Of a stretch of DNA of 64,000 nt, positions 44,603-58,340 are shown piece by piece; position 1 is the stretch's first letter, and every line of letters starts with the position of its first letter. The DNA comes from Eledone cirrhosa. Lineage: Eukaryota. The position numbers and the translations under genes are program-made. The DNA is taken from positions 30,938,001 to 31,002,000 of the forward strand of contig OZ024759.1 in assembly GCA_964016885.1 (NCBI GenBank). The letters are read 5' to 3'. Under the pieces are notes generated by a model. That model ran no database searches and was not told where the DNA came from. It worked only from the letters and a program-made list of their open reading frames with translations.

Positions 44603-44792
44603 TGTTTCTACTTTTGGCACAAGGCCAGCAATTATATCAGTGTATTACTGGTATTTTATTTTATCGACCCTGGAAGGATGAAAGGCAAAGTTAACCTCGG
44701 CGGGATTTGAACTCAGATCATACAGGGAGGTAACTCTATGCTTCAAAGCATGGCGTCCGACCCTCTACCGATACTGTCAATCCACCGCCTTA
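44603..44792 (-). mobile_element. Full-length SINE family 1 with 19-bp TSD
   Basis: Direct repeat gaaattctagagaaataat at 44584-44602 and 44793-44811. Other minus copies lie at 30745-30890, 32698-32798, 40986-41165, 42428-42582, 49498-49830, 51750-51935 and 56640-56990. Confidence 0.92.
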
Positions 44793-45248
44793 GAAATTCT
44801 AGAGAAATAATGTTGCAATGCGGAATGTATTGTAGAAATGGTCAAATGCATAAACTTGAGTTGTTCATTTTGACAGCTTTATAGCATCTGTGACATTCTT
44901 TCTTTCCTTCCTTTCAATTTTAGATGCCATTGGGGGAGGATTGTTGATAAGTTATGTTCATTGTTGGGGTGGTGAGACGGGCGGTTTCGAGTTACAATAA
45001 AAGCAACCATAGCTAGATGTACTTTTGCCAAGTCCAGTCGCCCCAGCAACAACAAATACGGCGTAGAATCTCGTATTTCCTCGCTTCTAAGAACAGGCCA
45101 AATTGTAACAAGTTTTCTGTCATGTTTTTCATTCACCAGACAGCGCAAATTTATGCATATATATATATACCTACACACATACCTACATATATATATATAT
45201 ATACATACTTACATGCATGTATATATATATATATATTTACATACATAC

Positions 45249-45285
<37 letters not shown>

Positions 45286-45324
45286 CCTACACACATGTGT
45301 ATATATATATATATATATACATAC

Positions 45325-45357
<33 letters not shown>

Positions 45358-45366
45358 CCTACATAC

Positions 45367-45405
<39 letters not shown>

Positions 45406-45486
45406 CATACATACATACATACATACATACATACATACATACATACATACATACATACATACATACATACATACATACATACATAC

Positions 45487-45925
45487 ATGAGAAATCTGCA
45501 GATACTCCACCCTGATTAAACCTTCAGATTTATGCCTGTGACTATTGGGGCACTGGGATATGTTAGTTATTGCCTCAATACAAATCTTGAGAAGCCAGGC
45601 TTCACAGGAACAGAAAGAACACAACTAGTTAGGAAATTACAAGTACAATCCATTAATGGAACAGTAAAAATATGTAAAACATTGCAAAAATGTTGCATCT
45701 AACTGCATATATACATCTACAGATGCAAAGTATATACACATGCACACATACAACTCAAAACATACACATCCACACATACAACAACATCCATATCTACACA
45801 TGCATGCATTCATAATCTACCTAGTTGTTGTTGTTTAAATTCCAATGAGAGAGTCTTGCGTCTATGTTAGAAACCGACTCTCTCTGTTTTGGGAAAAAAT
45901 TTGTGAAATTATAAAACCAGAAGAA
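45487..45925 (+). mobile_element. R4/Dong-type (RLE) LINE 3' fragment inserted in (ACAT)n
   Basis: [25 protein letters not shown]...LVRKLQVQSINGTVKICKT (ends 45702) has the P..IGALG and LQ...GT..I pattern of RLE-LINE C-termini; ACAT repeats on both sides. Confidence 0.75.
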
Positions 45926-46027
45926 CATACATACATACCTACATCAGCTGTATGCTCAAAACGAAGTTAATTCTGATGCCATATCTTTTACATTATGATA
46001 GGTTTCTATTCTTTCAATAAAACTTAT

Positions 46028-47408
46028 GTTGACATTAGTTGCGAGGTGTTAAGGAGCTTAGTTGTATATATAATTGTGTATATAGTGGTAACATTAGTTG
46101 TGAGCTGTTAAGGAGCTCAGTTGTGTATATAGTTGTGACATTAGTTGCGAGGTGTTAAGGAGGTTACTTGTGTATATAATTGTGTATATAGTTGTGACAT
46201 TAGTTGTGAGCTGTTAAGGAGCTCAGTTGTGTATATAATTGTGTATATAGTTGTGACATTAGTTGTGAGCTGTTAAGGAGCTCAGTTGTGTTTATAATTG
46301 TGTATATAGTTGTGACATTAGTTGTGAGGTGTTAAGGAGGTTACTTGTGTATATAATTGTGTATATAGTTGTGACATTAGTTGTGAGCTGTTAAGGAGCT
46401 CAGTTGTGTATATAATTGTATATATAGTTGTGACATTAGTTGCGAGGTGTTAAGGAGCTTAGTTGTGTTTATAATTGTGTATATAGTTGTGACATTAGTT
46501 GTGAGCTGTTAAGGAGCTCAGTTGTGTTTATAATTGTGTATATAGTTGTGACATTAGTTGTGAGCTGTTAAGGAGCTCAGTTGTGTATATAATTGTATAT
46601 ATAGTTGTGACATTAGTTGTGAGCTGTTAAGGAGCTCAGTTGTGTTTATAATTGTGTATATAGTTGTGACATTAGTTGTGAGCTGTTAAGGAGCTCAGTT
46701 GTGTATATAATTGTATATATAGTTGTGACATTAGTTGTGAGCTGTTAAGGAGCTCAGTTGTGTTTATAATTGTGTATATAGTTGTGACATTAGTTGCGAG
46801 GTGTTAAGGAGCTTAGTTGTGTATATAATTGTATATATAGTTGTGACATTAGTTGCGAGGTGTTAAGGAGCTCAGTTGTGTATATAATTGTATATATAGT
46901 TGTGACATTAGTTGCGAGGTGTTAAGGAGCTTAGTTGTGTATATAATTGTATATATAGTTGTGACATTAGTTGTGAGCTGTTAAGGAGCTCAGTTGTGTT
47001 TATAATTGTGTATATAGTTGTGACATTAGTTGCGAGGTGTTAAGGAGCTCAGTTGTGTATATAATTGTATATATAGTTGTGACATTAGTTGTGAGCTGTT
47101 AAGGAGCTCAGTTGTGTATATAATTGTATATATAGTTGTGACATTAGTTGTGAGCTGTTAAGGAGCTCAGTTGTGTTTATAATTGTGTATATAGTTGTGA
47201 CATTAGTTGCGAGGTGTTAAGGAGCTTAGTTGTGTATGTAATTGTGTATATAGTTGTGACATTAGTTGTGAGCTGTTAAGGAGCTCAGTTGTGTTTATAA
47301 TTGTGTATATAGTTGTGACATTAGTTGTGAGCTGTTAAGGAGCTCAGTTGTGTTTATAATTTTATATATAGTTGTGACATTATTTGTGAGGTGTTAAGGA
47401 GCTTAGTT
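46028..47408. repeat. 59-bp minisatellite, about 23 copies
   Basis: Unit gttgtgacattagttgtgagctgttaaggagctcagttgtgtatataattgtgtatata with a few alternating variants. Confidence 0.97.
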
Positions 47409-48188
47409 AAGTGGTCTACCCGACAATTCTGGATAGATACAATATCGATCAAGAGTAACTGACTATCTGTAGTTCGACGCTGCACACCAGGTCCGAACAC
47501 AGAAGAGCCGAACTCCCACTGTCATCGGCTCCATCTCTCTCTCTATGTATAGTTATATACATACATAAATATCTACATACATATATATATATATTTACAT
47601 ACATACATAAATATCTACATACGTATACACATACAATCAAAGACATTTACAAATATATATATAAATATACATATATACTTATACATATACATACATATAT
47701 TCCTATACATGCTTATAGACATATATACATGCATATATATAGATACATAGACAAATACTTGCATAAATACATTCATAGTTATTACTGTAAAGTAGTTATT
47801 GGTTTTTGTCCAATATTATACATGAATGAATCATCTTATGGTTATCTCAGAGAACTAACTGAAGAGTTTTAGTTCACGTTGAACAACAGAACACAGCACA
47901 GTTTGTAAAATATGACGAATGACTTCTGGTTAAACAAACAATCGAATATATATATGTATGTATAAATATATATATATATATATATATATAAATATATATA
48001 TTTATTTATTTATACACATATATATATACATACATATATATATATATTTATTTATTTATACACATATATATACATACATAAATATGTATATATATATATA
48101 TACATACATATGCATATATATATACATACACATATATATATACATATATACACACACACATATATATATATACATACGTACATATATA

Positions 48189-48251
<63 letters not shown>

Positions 48252-49054
48252 AGCAATACATCACGGTACTTCTCTGGCAAAGCAACTAGGAGATGGTAAA
48301 AGATATAAAAAGTTAAGAATTCTAGAAGCCATATTTTAACATTCTTCCCACCATAGGAGAAGAGATTAGGAAAGTAACTTCAGAAGAAATAAAATTATGC
48401 GATATTTTAAAGTCACACTTTCATGGCCATATATGCGATATTATTAAAATAAATTTTCACAATACGCGGTAATATTTGTAAAGATGATACTTATAAACTC
48501 ATTAAATATATATAAATAATGCTCTATCGAGTCGTTAAGCCAGATAACCTCGTATCGATTATACATTATGGATGGTCGTAACGTCTAAATATCTAAATTT
48601 ATTAGATTCTCGTATTTGGGGGCTACGTGATAGAACTTTGTCTACAGCTTGCTTTATTCAAACAACCTAAACTCTAAAGTGTGTATATATTCTTCAATAC
48701 ATGCTAATAATACAATACATCAATGTCTTAACATATGTAGATATATATATATATATATTTGTGTATATATATATATATATATAAATATTTATATACATTT
48801 ATATATATATATATATATATAGTATATGTTTATTTATGCATATGTATTTATATATATGTATGTATATGTATATGTACATGAATGTATATATATTTATATG
48901 TATATATATGTATATGTATACATATATACGTATATGTATGAATATATATATTTATATGTATGTATATATATTTATATGTAGGTATATATATTTATATATA
49001 TTTATACATATTTATATGTATGCATAAATATGTATATATATATATGTTTATATG

Positions 49055-49102
<48 letters not shown>

Positions 49103-49113
49103 TATATGTATGC

Positions 49114-49144
<31 letters not shown>

Positions 49145-49258
49145 TCTGTAGATATATGTAGATATATTCATGTATGTATGTTTATCTAGATATATTTATG
49201 TATGAATGTGTATATGTAGATATATGTTCATGTATGTATGTATACGTATATATGTCTT

Positions 49259-49289
<31 letters not shown>

Positions 49290-50396
49290 TTATGTATATA
49301 TATATATATATATGTTTGTGTGTGTGTGTGAACGCATAATTACCAAAACATGGCTTATTTCCCAGTACACTTGAGACTGTTAACTGAAGAAGAAAAAAGA
49401 AATACGCTCCTCAACTTTGCAATGATGTATGCAAATATCTCAATACACCGAATAATGAATTATTTATTGGCTACGAGGGCCGCTAGATATATAACAATTA
49501 TTGTTTCTACTTAAGTCACAAGGCCAGCTATTGCGACGGGAGGTAAAATTCGATTAAAATTCACCCCAGTGTATTACTTGTACCATATTTATCGATCCCG
49601 TAAGGATGGTTGATTATATAGATACAAGGCCATCAATTTTGGAGAAGGGGAAAGTCGATTAAATCGACCCCAGTGCGTGACTGGTACTTTATTTATTTTA
49701 TCTACCCCGTAAGCATGAAAGGCAAAGCTAACCTCATCTCGGCGGTTTTTGAACTTAGAACGTAAATGGCCATTACTCTATGCCGCAATCATGAGGGTTG
49801 TTCGACGCTCAACTGATACTGTCAATCGATTAAGTCTACCTCCGTGCGTTACTGGTAGTTTATTTTAACGACCCTCCTTAATAAGTCACAAACATCAAGA
49901 TTATCGTTGAAAATTTAACCTTAGAAAACGAGATGATTAAAGGGCAACAATGCTTAAGTTTAGAATTAAACTATCATAAATCTGAAATTAGCATAATTTC
50001 CTACTCAGAGGAAAACATAAAATGTATATGTATATTTATAGCGGAATTAACAAATTCAGTAATACACTATCAGCAGAAACACATCCGGGATCTTGTGACT
50101 GCGAAACTCACTTTTTACCATTCGGCCATATTTCTTTTTCTCTTTCATCTCGTTTCCATTGGTCTTTCCAATTGTTAATACTATCTATCGGTCGCAACTA
50201 CAAGTAGAATTGGATTCGCAATCATGAGGTAGTGAGTTCGAGTCCCGGACCGGGCGATGAGTTTTCTCCTTGAACAAGACCCTTTATTTCACGTTGCTCC
50301 TTCTACCTGGAGTTGCGACCGATAGATAGTATTTGCAATTGTAAAGACCAATGGAAACATTGTATCCTCGGTCCGATTTGACGAAAATCGATCGTT

Positions 50397-50501
50397 CCTT
50401 CTTCTTCTTCTTCTTCTTCTTCTTCTTCTTCTTCTTCTTTTTCTTCTTCTTCTTCTTCTTCTTCTTCTTCTTCTTCTTCTTCTTCTTCTTCTTCTTCTTC
50501 T
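50397..50501. repeat. (TTC)n tail of a family 2 SINE
   Basis: About 35 TTC units directly after the SINE2 3' end. Confidence 0.95.
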
Positions 50502-50604
50502 CGATTTACTCTCTACCTTGCTATCTCAACCTCTCTAGCACCCCCTCTATATACCTAACTCTCTGTCTCTATCTCTCTCCATCTCTCAATCATTCCATTT
50601 CTCT

Positions 50605-50793
50605 GCGGTGGATTGGCAATATCGGGAGAAGGTCGGACGCCATACTTTTCAGCATAGAGTTACGACCCTTTATGATCTGAGTTCAAATCCCGCCGAGGTT
50701 AACTTTGCCTTTCGTCCTTACGGGGTCGATAAAATAAAGTACAAGTAATGCACTGGGATAATTGCTGACCTTTTGCCAAAAGTAGAAACAATT
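50605..50793 (+). mobile_element. Full-length SINE family 1
   Basis: gcggtggattggcaatatcggg head, B-box, body and gtagaaacaatta tail. Confidence 0.9.
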
Positions 50794-52164
50794 ATATTTC
50801 CCTTCATCTCTATCATTCTATCACCTCTCTATCTCTATAATTTTTCTTTCGACCCCCGTGCGTTACTGGTAGTTTATTTTATCGACCCCCTTAATATATC
50901 ACAAACATCAAGATTATCGTTGAAAACCTAACCTTAGATAACGAGATCTTTGATGAAGGGCAAGGATGCTTGAGTTTAAAATGTATCTATTATAAATCAG
51001 AAATTAGCATAATTTCCTACTCAAAGGAAAACATAAAATATATATGTCTATGTATAGCGGAATTAATTAATTCAGTAATACACGATCACGTGTGTTTGAT
51101 TCATTGATGCATACACATACATATATATATACACATACATAAACACATACATATACACATACATATACACATATATATACGCATACGTATACATATACAC
51201 CAAACACATTTGGTAAAATGACACTGTTTTTGTAAATCGTTTTCTTATATTCAAATAAATCCTCGTTTCGGATGACCCTAGGTTTCGATCTGCCAAGGAT
51301 AATTAAGTTATTGATTTGCGCAGTCAAATGAAATACCAGGTAGTTGAGACTGTTCTTCGTATATTTGTTTGTGTTTATGTTATTGTTATATCATATATAT
51401 TGCTCAGCTTGTATCTCATCTGTAACGTAGATAAGTATGTAGGTGAAATCTCTTCTAATGATTCAGATATTGAATTACGTCTCGCATACATTTATATTGT
51501 CAGCCTTCACCTCATTCGTCTGTAATCTAGATGCCTGTGATATGATATGGTAATTTCTAGATAATATTGTTAAGAAACAACCACGAATATATAAGTCTCT
51601 AAATGAGTTTGTCTTCGTGGTTCTTCAATTAATTTATCTACTAGACAAGCTGTTAATAACAAAAGCAGACTTTAAGAAACAACAAAAACTGTTAATTAAA
51701 TTAAAACAATAGCGACTGTGTTGTCTTCAGTTAATGGGTGGAATAATTGACTCCAATTTTAGGCACAAAGCCAGCAATTATTTCGAAGTGTGGAGGAAAT
51801 CAATTAAAGCGATCCGGGCACATGACAGGTATTTTATTTTATCTACCCCAGAAGAATGAATGGTAAAGCAACTCTGGGTGAGTTTGAAAACCAGAACGTA
51901 GGGTCCCTTAACGAAATACTGCAATGAATTTTCAAACGGCATCTGTGCCCCACAAACAAAACGGCAAAGGCATTTCCACGGAGAATAGTTAACCGACGAC
52001 AGCCGATGTAACAGCCACTCCACCTCACCAGGATCCTTCCTCGGACAAGCTCTCCTCTTTCCAATTTTTCGGAGGAAATCAGCAGGTGCGCGATCGGGGA
52101 CATCTGAGGTCTCAACACCAACAGGCAGAAATAGGAAGCTGTTGGTAAAGCTACAAGCATACAT

Positions 52165-52493
52165 GACAAAGGTGCGAAACAAAATTTGGCAAGCCATCGG
52201 GCCCTACGAAGACCAACTGACCATTGTAAAACAACGCAAAATGAGATGGTTCGGGTACGTGACAAGATCTAGAGGGCTTGCCAAGACTGTCCTGCAGGGA
52301 ACAATACAAGGAGGGAGGAAGAGAGGCAGACAGAAAAATAGATGGGAGGACAGCATCCCGGAATGGACAGGCATGAGGCTGGGTACAACCATGAGGAAGG
52401 CGGAGAGGCGAGAGGAATGGAAGGAGCTGGTTGCCAGGTCATCTGTGGCGCCCCAACCGTCCACCATACTACGAGACAGATGAGATGAGATGA
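52165..52493 (+). mobile_element. RTE/BovB-like LINE 3' fragment
   Basis: VRNKIWQAIGPYEDQLTIVKQRKMRWFGYVTRSRGLAKTVLQGTIQGGRKRGRQKNRWEDSIPEWTG...; stop at 52483 is followed by a (TGAGA)n tail. Confidence 0.9.
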
Positions 52494-53013
52494 CAGATAT
52501 CTAGTAACATTCTATCATAATGAGGAGAAGTAATCTTAAACGATCTAGGAATAACTCGTCACAGTTATCCCTTGCTGAATCTTTAAGGCTTTAATGTCTC
52601 GTCTTGAGAAACTTTCTCTTGTTCTTTGGCAATTCCATTTGAAACAGCAACCAATAAGGTTAAACAAACTAATTAATACTAAACCAATGATTAATAGATA
52701 TATTCTGAATCTAAAATAAGGGATGAAGCATGAAGAATTACGCAAGACGGAAGTTAGGTGTGATGATATTTTATTAAAGGAAATTGAATTCTAAATATCA
52801 GGATACCGCGTGTGCTGAAACGAATATATATATCCATTGATCTAGGAAATTGACACGCTATCTTAATACTGTTACGTTATTAGTTAATAATGGCCACCCG
52901 TAATATTTTATTCAGTGACATTAATCCACACCTATAAGCTTAGAATTACTACACGACGTGACAAGATATAGAAAACAATTTAAACAATCATGATATACCA
53001 AAGAACCACATAT

Positions 53014-53495
53014 TACAAAGGTTGGCTTAATTGGTTTATAAGCTGAAAAGTTCATAAGCTGACCAAGATACTTTCATGCAATGACCAAATAACGTTTATT
53101 TTTCAACATAGTCTCTGGAAAGAAACAATGCAGTTATTAATAGAAAGAATTGAAATAGGCTGAAACTTTCATAGGCTGATCAAGATGCTCTCATGGAATG
53201 ACCAAATGAGGTTTATTTTTCAACATAGTCTCTGGAAAGAAATAATACAGTTATCAATAAGAATAGTTGAAATTAATGCATGCAAGATTTTACAACTCTA
53301 GAATCACTCCTTCATAGGCTGACCAAAATACTCTCATGGAATTACCAAATTAGGTTTATTTTTCAACATAGTTCCTCTTGGGAAGAAAGGATGCAGTTTT
53401 TAATAAGAAGAGTTGAAATTAATGCATGCAAGTTTTCGTAGCTCTAACATCACTCCTTCATAGCCAGGCTATGAACGCTTCAGCCCATTCTTGTA
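53014..53495 (+). mobile_element. Mariner-derived MITE, family G, with the internal block triplicated
   Basis: ctga(c/t)caa(g/a)at...tttatttttcaacatagt block occurs three times; TIR-like TA-bounded ends. Confidence 0.65.
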
Positions 53496-54387
53496 ACTAC
53501 GTGCACTTACTATTTATTTAAAATCCTCTGTGTGATTGCAATTATAATTTTTTTATCAAATCAAAGCAAGATATGTTTCAGAAGCCAAACTGTGAAATAT
53601 AATCGTTGATAGAATCCGTGTCATTCCACATTCACACATACATGGTTTGCAAACCTGATTTCAAATTAGCAAATCTTTCTTAATTATCTGCATCATTAAC
53701 TAACAGTTAGCGTGATTTCCTTCCTGTTGAAAATAATCCGAAGTCTTCTGCTGTCTCTGGGCGAGTCACGTTAAACACAGGAAGAGAATTAACGTAACGC
53801 TGTATAAACCGTATTCGACATTTTCACCGTAGGATGAATCTGATTGATACCGTTCTGGTAGTCATGTAGAATCTATCATTTCCTCCCTTGTTTCTTTTCC
53901 TTTCGTTGTGTAATTTCTTCTTTCATTTTATTTCCTTTCTCTTTCTTTTCTCCTTCAGATTCCTTATTTCTTTATATAAATATTTCTGTAAATATAGACG
54001 AAATTAGAAAGATATTACCTAAGATATTATAGAAAAAACTGTTATCTTGCACCTTTGAAAATGACTTTCTGAAAACAAGTAGCAAACCGCAAGAAACAAA
54101 TAATGCATGAACATTTTCGAATAATTCAATGGAAACATACATCCCATTTAGTCAAACAGTTAGAAACATATTTCGTATCTGAATGATCCTAGCCACTAAT
54201 TGGAATACCAGAGGCTTTAGCAGATCCAAATCTTCCCATGTCAATTTGATTACGATGACGTTTTTGCTACAACTCAACTGAAGATATTAATATGTTTCGT
54301 TTGGAAGCAGTAGCGCAATAGAAAATCAAGCTTATAACAGTATTTAAACTAATGCTTCGACATAGAAAAATTCCAAATTATATGCTT

Positions 54388-54842
<455 letters not shown>

Positions 54843-54937
54843 TATATATATATAAGTTTATCCCGGGTTCAATCGTGGGTAACCACAGTATGTGAGGTAC
54901 TCAATACAAAGCAGAGTATACATATTTGATATAGAAA

Positions 54938-54988
54938 GACTTCTACAGGACTAGACCTGTTTCATTCGGGAGAAATCATCAGGAAGCC
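54938..54988 (-). ncRNA. Type I hammerhead motif, family P2, in a fold-back element (54857-55130)
   Basis: GGCTTC-CTGATGA-tttctcccgaat-GAAA-CAG-gtctagtc-CTG-TA-GAAGTC. An inverted 5'-truncated copy lies at 55071-55115 and a degenerate copy at 55303-55420. Confidence 0.8.
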
Positions 54989-55184
54989 GGCTGTCCAAGT
55001 AATATGGTGGTATTTATATCTTTTCTGGTGGTAGGAGAGGGTGGTCAATGGGATGGGTGGAGGTCATTGGTTGATGATTTCTCCCGAATGAAACAGTTCT
55101 AGTCCTGTAGAAGCCTTTCTATATTAAATATATATATATCTCTATATAATTTGTGTGTGTAAATATATGTAGTTAATCACGTGC

Positions 55185-55252
<68 letters not shown>

Positions 55253-55443
55253 ATGTATGCATGTGTATATATATATATATATGTATGTCTGTGTGTATAT
55301 ATCCCAGGTTCAATCGAGGCTAACCACAGTATGTAAGTACTCAATACAAAGAAGAGTATAAATATTTAATATAGAAATGGTTTCTACAGGACTAGAACTG
55401 TTTCATTCGAAGGAAATCACCATATGTGTGTATGTAATGCATG

Positions 55444-55545
<102 letters not shown>

Positions 55546-55549
55546 TATG

Positions 55550-55608
<59 letters not shown>

Positions 55609-55612
55609 TATG

Positions 55613-55657
<45 letters not shown>

Positions 55658-55674
55658 AATATATATATGTATAA

Positions 55675-55729
<55 letters not shown>

Positions 55730-55806
55730 ATATATATATATATATATAATATATATATGTATAAATATATATATATATATTGTTATACTTTGGGAGGGCC
55801 ATGTTG

Positions 55807-55875
<69 letters not shown>

Positions 55876-56098
55876 CTATATTATATTTAGAGTTTAAACT
55901 CAAAGTAATTTACAATTAATCAGCTCAAAGAAAGAACCATTTCCGAGCAGTGAAATACAAGTTATATATTAATATATATGATAAACACATACGTGTTTGT
56001 ATTGTAAGAGAGAAAGTTAGCTAGAACGAAATAAACTAATTAAAGTGAATACAATTTGTCTGTCTCGATATAAGTCAATAAAGACAAGCTTATATTGG

Positions 56099-56149
<51 letters not shown>

Positions 56150-56183
56150 GTGAGAAAAACCACAGACCCTCCATCTCAATTCA

Positions 56184-56221
56184 CCTTTTGAAAAGCAGAA
56201 GAACTGCGAAACCGGTAAAGG
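56184..56221 (+). ncRNA. Minimal 38-nt hammerhead with U3-A8 core variant, family P5
   Basis: CCTT-TTGAAAA-GCAG-aagaa-CTGC-GAAA-CCGG-TA-AAGG: perfect stems I and II, palindromic stem III ACCGGT, GUA site. Confidence 0.75.
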
Positions 56222-56290
56222 AACCAAATAAATATATATATTTTTTTTAAAAATAAGACTTCAGTTGCATTTTCGATTTCATCCCTTTTT

Positions 56291-56363
<73 letters not shown>

Positions 56364-56741
56364 GTTCCGATGCATCACTGATTCTTCGTTTTCCATATAT
56401 ATATATATATTCTGGAATGTCATGTTTCAAAATACAACTTACATATAATTATCGACCAATACTTGATTACATGTGGCTAAAGGAAGACACGATTTAAATT
56501 TGATTATCGTAATTAAATATATATTTATACATGTCTAATTAATATATTTCTTCATTGTACTGTGTTGCTTACTTTGTTGTGTAGAAGGACAGAAAGTGTG
56601 AGAGAGGGGTGCGGTAGATAAAGAAAAACTGATATAGAACAAGAATCGACCCCAGAACTAGACTGGTAATTTTTTTATCAACCTTGAAAGTATAAAAGGG
56701 AAAGTTGACCCCGTCAGGATTTAGACCGAAGGAAAGGGAGG

Positions 56742-56816
<75 letters not shown>

Positions 56817-56817
56817 G

Positions 56818-56874
<57 letters not shown>

Positions 56875-57461
56875 GGAAATGAGAAAGAGATATAAAGGAA
56901 GAATCAACATCAATACTGAACGGGTACTTTTTTTATCGACCTTGAAAGTAGAAAAAGCAAAGTTGACCTCGCTGGGATTTGAACTCAATGACACACCACA
57001 AAACATTACATGCGATAGATTTCATAATTTTAAAGACATTATTTAAATTCTTCATTTGAGCCTATAATACAGAGAATATAAATATCTCTGTTAAAAATGC
57101 CAATGTCTCATTACTAAATAACTAAAATTCTATTAATGCTTTAATCTTTAAAGACTTATCGTGTTAGATATCAACATAAAGCAAATTGCTCTGTTGAAAT
57201 GTCACATAATATATAGCTTAGGAATATATATATATATATATAAATGGAACGATCGACTTTCGTCAAATCGGACCGAGGGAACAATGTTTCCGTTGGTCTT
57301 TCCAATTGCTAATACTATCTATCGGTCGCAACTCCAGGTAGAAGGAGCAACGTGAAATAAAGTGTCTTGCTCAAGGACATAACGCATCGCCTGCTCCAGG
57401 AATCGAACTCACAACCTTACGATTGCGAATCCAATTCCCTAACCACTCAACCACACGCCTT

Positions 57462-57531
<70 letters not shown>

Positions 57532-57649
57532 ATACAATTCTTCTATAGTAAATGTTTTCTATTATCCTGGGTACCATTCATATATTTTATATTTTGCCTT
57601 TGAATAATGACTATATTGCTAAAAGTATTAAATTTTACACATAAAGGTA

Positions 57650-58340
57650 TATTTCGACGATTAACGGATTGTCTCCTGTAATAATAATTATGTATTTCCG
57701 TAAAGCTGTATAAAGCTCTAGGTATTAATAGGACCTGATAAAATTATCTTAGTAGCCAATACAAATATACGTCGAAAGAATTACTATAATATTGGGCAAA
57801 TTCAAATGTTACTTCAGACAATCTTCTTGGCGTATGATATATGCACAGTAGCTAGATAGGCAGTAAGACTGAGGTGTCAATTGCAGTATTATGGATTGTG
57901 TGTGACAGCTCACACCTATGCAGGTACAGCTGGCCTCCTCCAAGGTATATCTTGTTGGAGGTGTCTTGGGTGATTTAATGATAGGGACCCCAGTCCCTAT
58001 CATCTCATTTCTACAGCTGAGTAAACTGGAGCAACGTGAAATAAAGTGTCTTGCTCAAGAAAACAACACATCACCCGGTCCGAGAATTGAACTCACAACC
58101 TTTCGATTGCAAGCCCAATGATCTAACCACTAAGCCACGCGCCTTCACTGTGTAGCCCTCGGTCAATTCTGATCAATGAGTCCACTGTTAGCCACACTTT
58201 CAAGCCCCGAGACTTTGGTAATAGTTTCTTGAATGTTACGTTGAAGAACACTTTATCAGATATACTTAACTATTTTTAAATTGTGGGGTATTATTTCAAG
58301 TAGATTTGGCGGAAATGTTGACAGGCCACGTGATACTATG
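57650..58340 (-). pseudogene. Decayed LRR(-Ig) cell-surface protein relic interrupted by a SINE2
   Basis: In order on the minus strand: SRGLSTFPPNL (LRRNT-like, 58301-33), SISDKVFFNVT (58234-66), HNP*YCN*HL (LRRCT NPWxCxCxL, 57871-900) and ILSGPINT (Ig start-like, 57721-44). Confidence 0.45.

Noticed and set aside
44924-44972. Possible small exon after a strong polypyrimidine acceptor (similar case at 16888-16913)
   Set aside because: No recognisable peptide and no phase-compatible partner exons; such splice-like signals arise by chance.
46028-47408. 59-bp array as CRISPR or coding repeat
   Set aside because: Contiguous tandem units with no unique spacers; the unit length is not a multiple of 3.
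47855-47900. Further hammerhead candidates (47859, 12013, 34838-34885 minus, 37777, 18600-18645 minus, 27375-27470)
   Set aside because: Each lacks an intact core half or stem I; possibly decayed copies but not supportable one by one.
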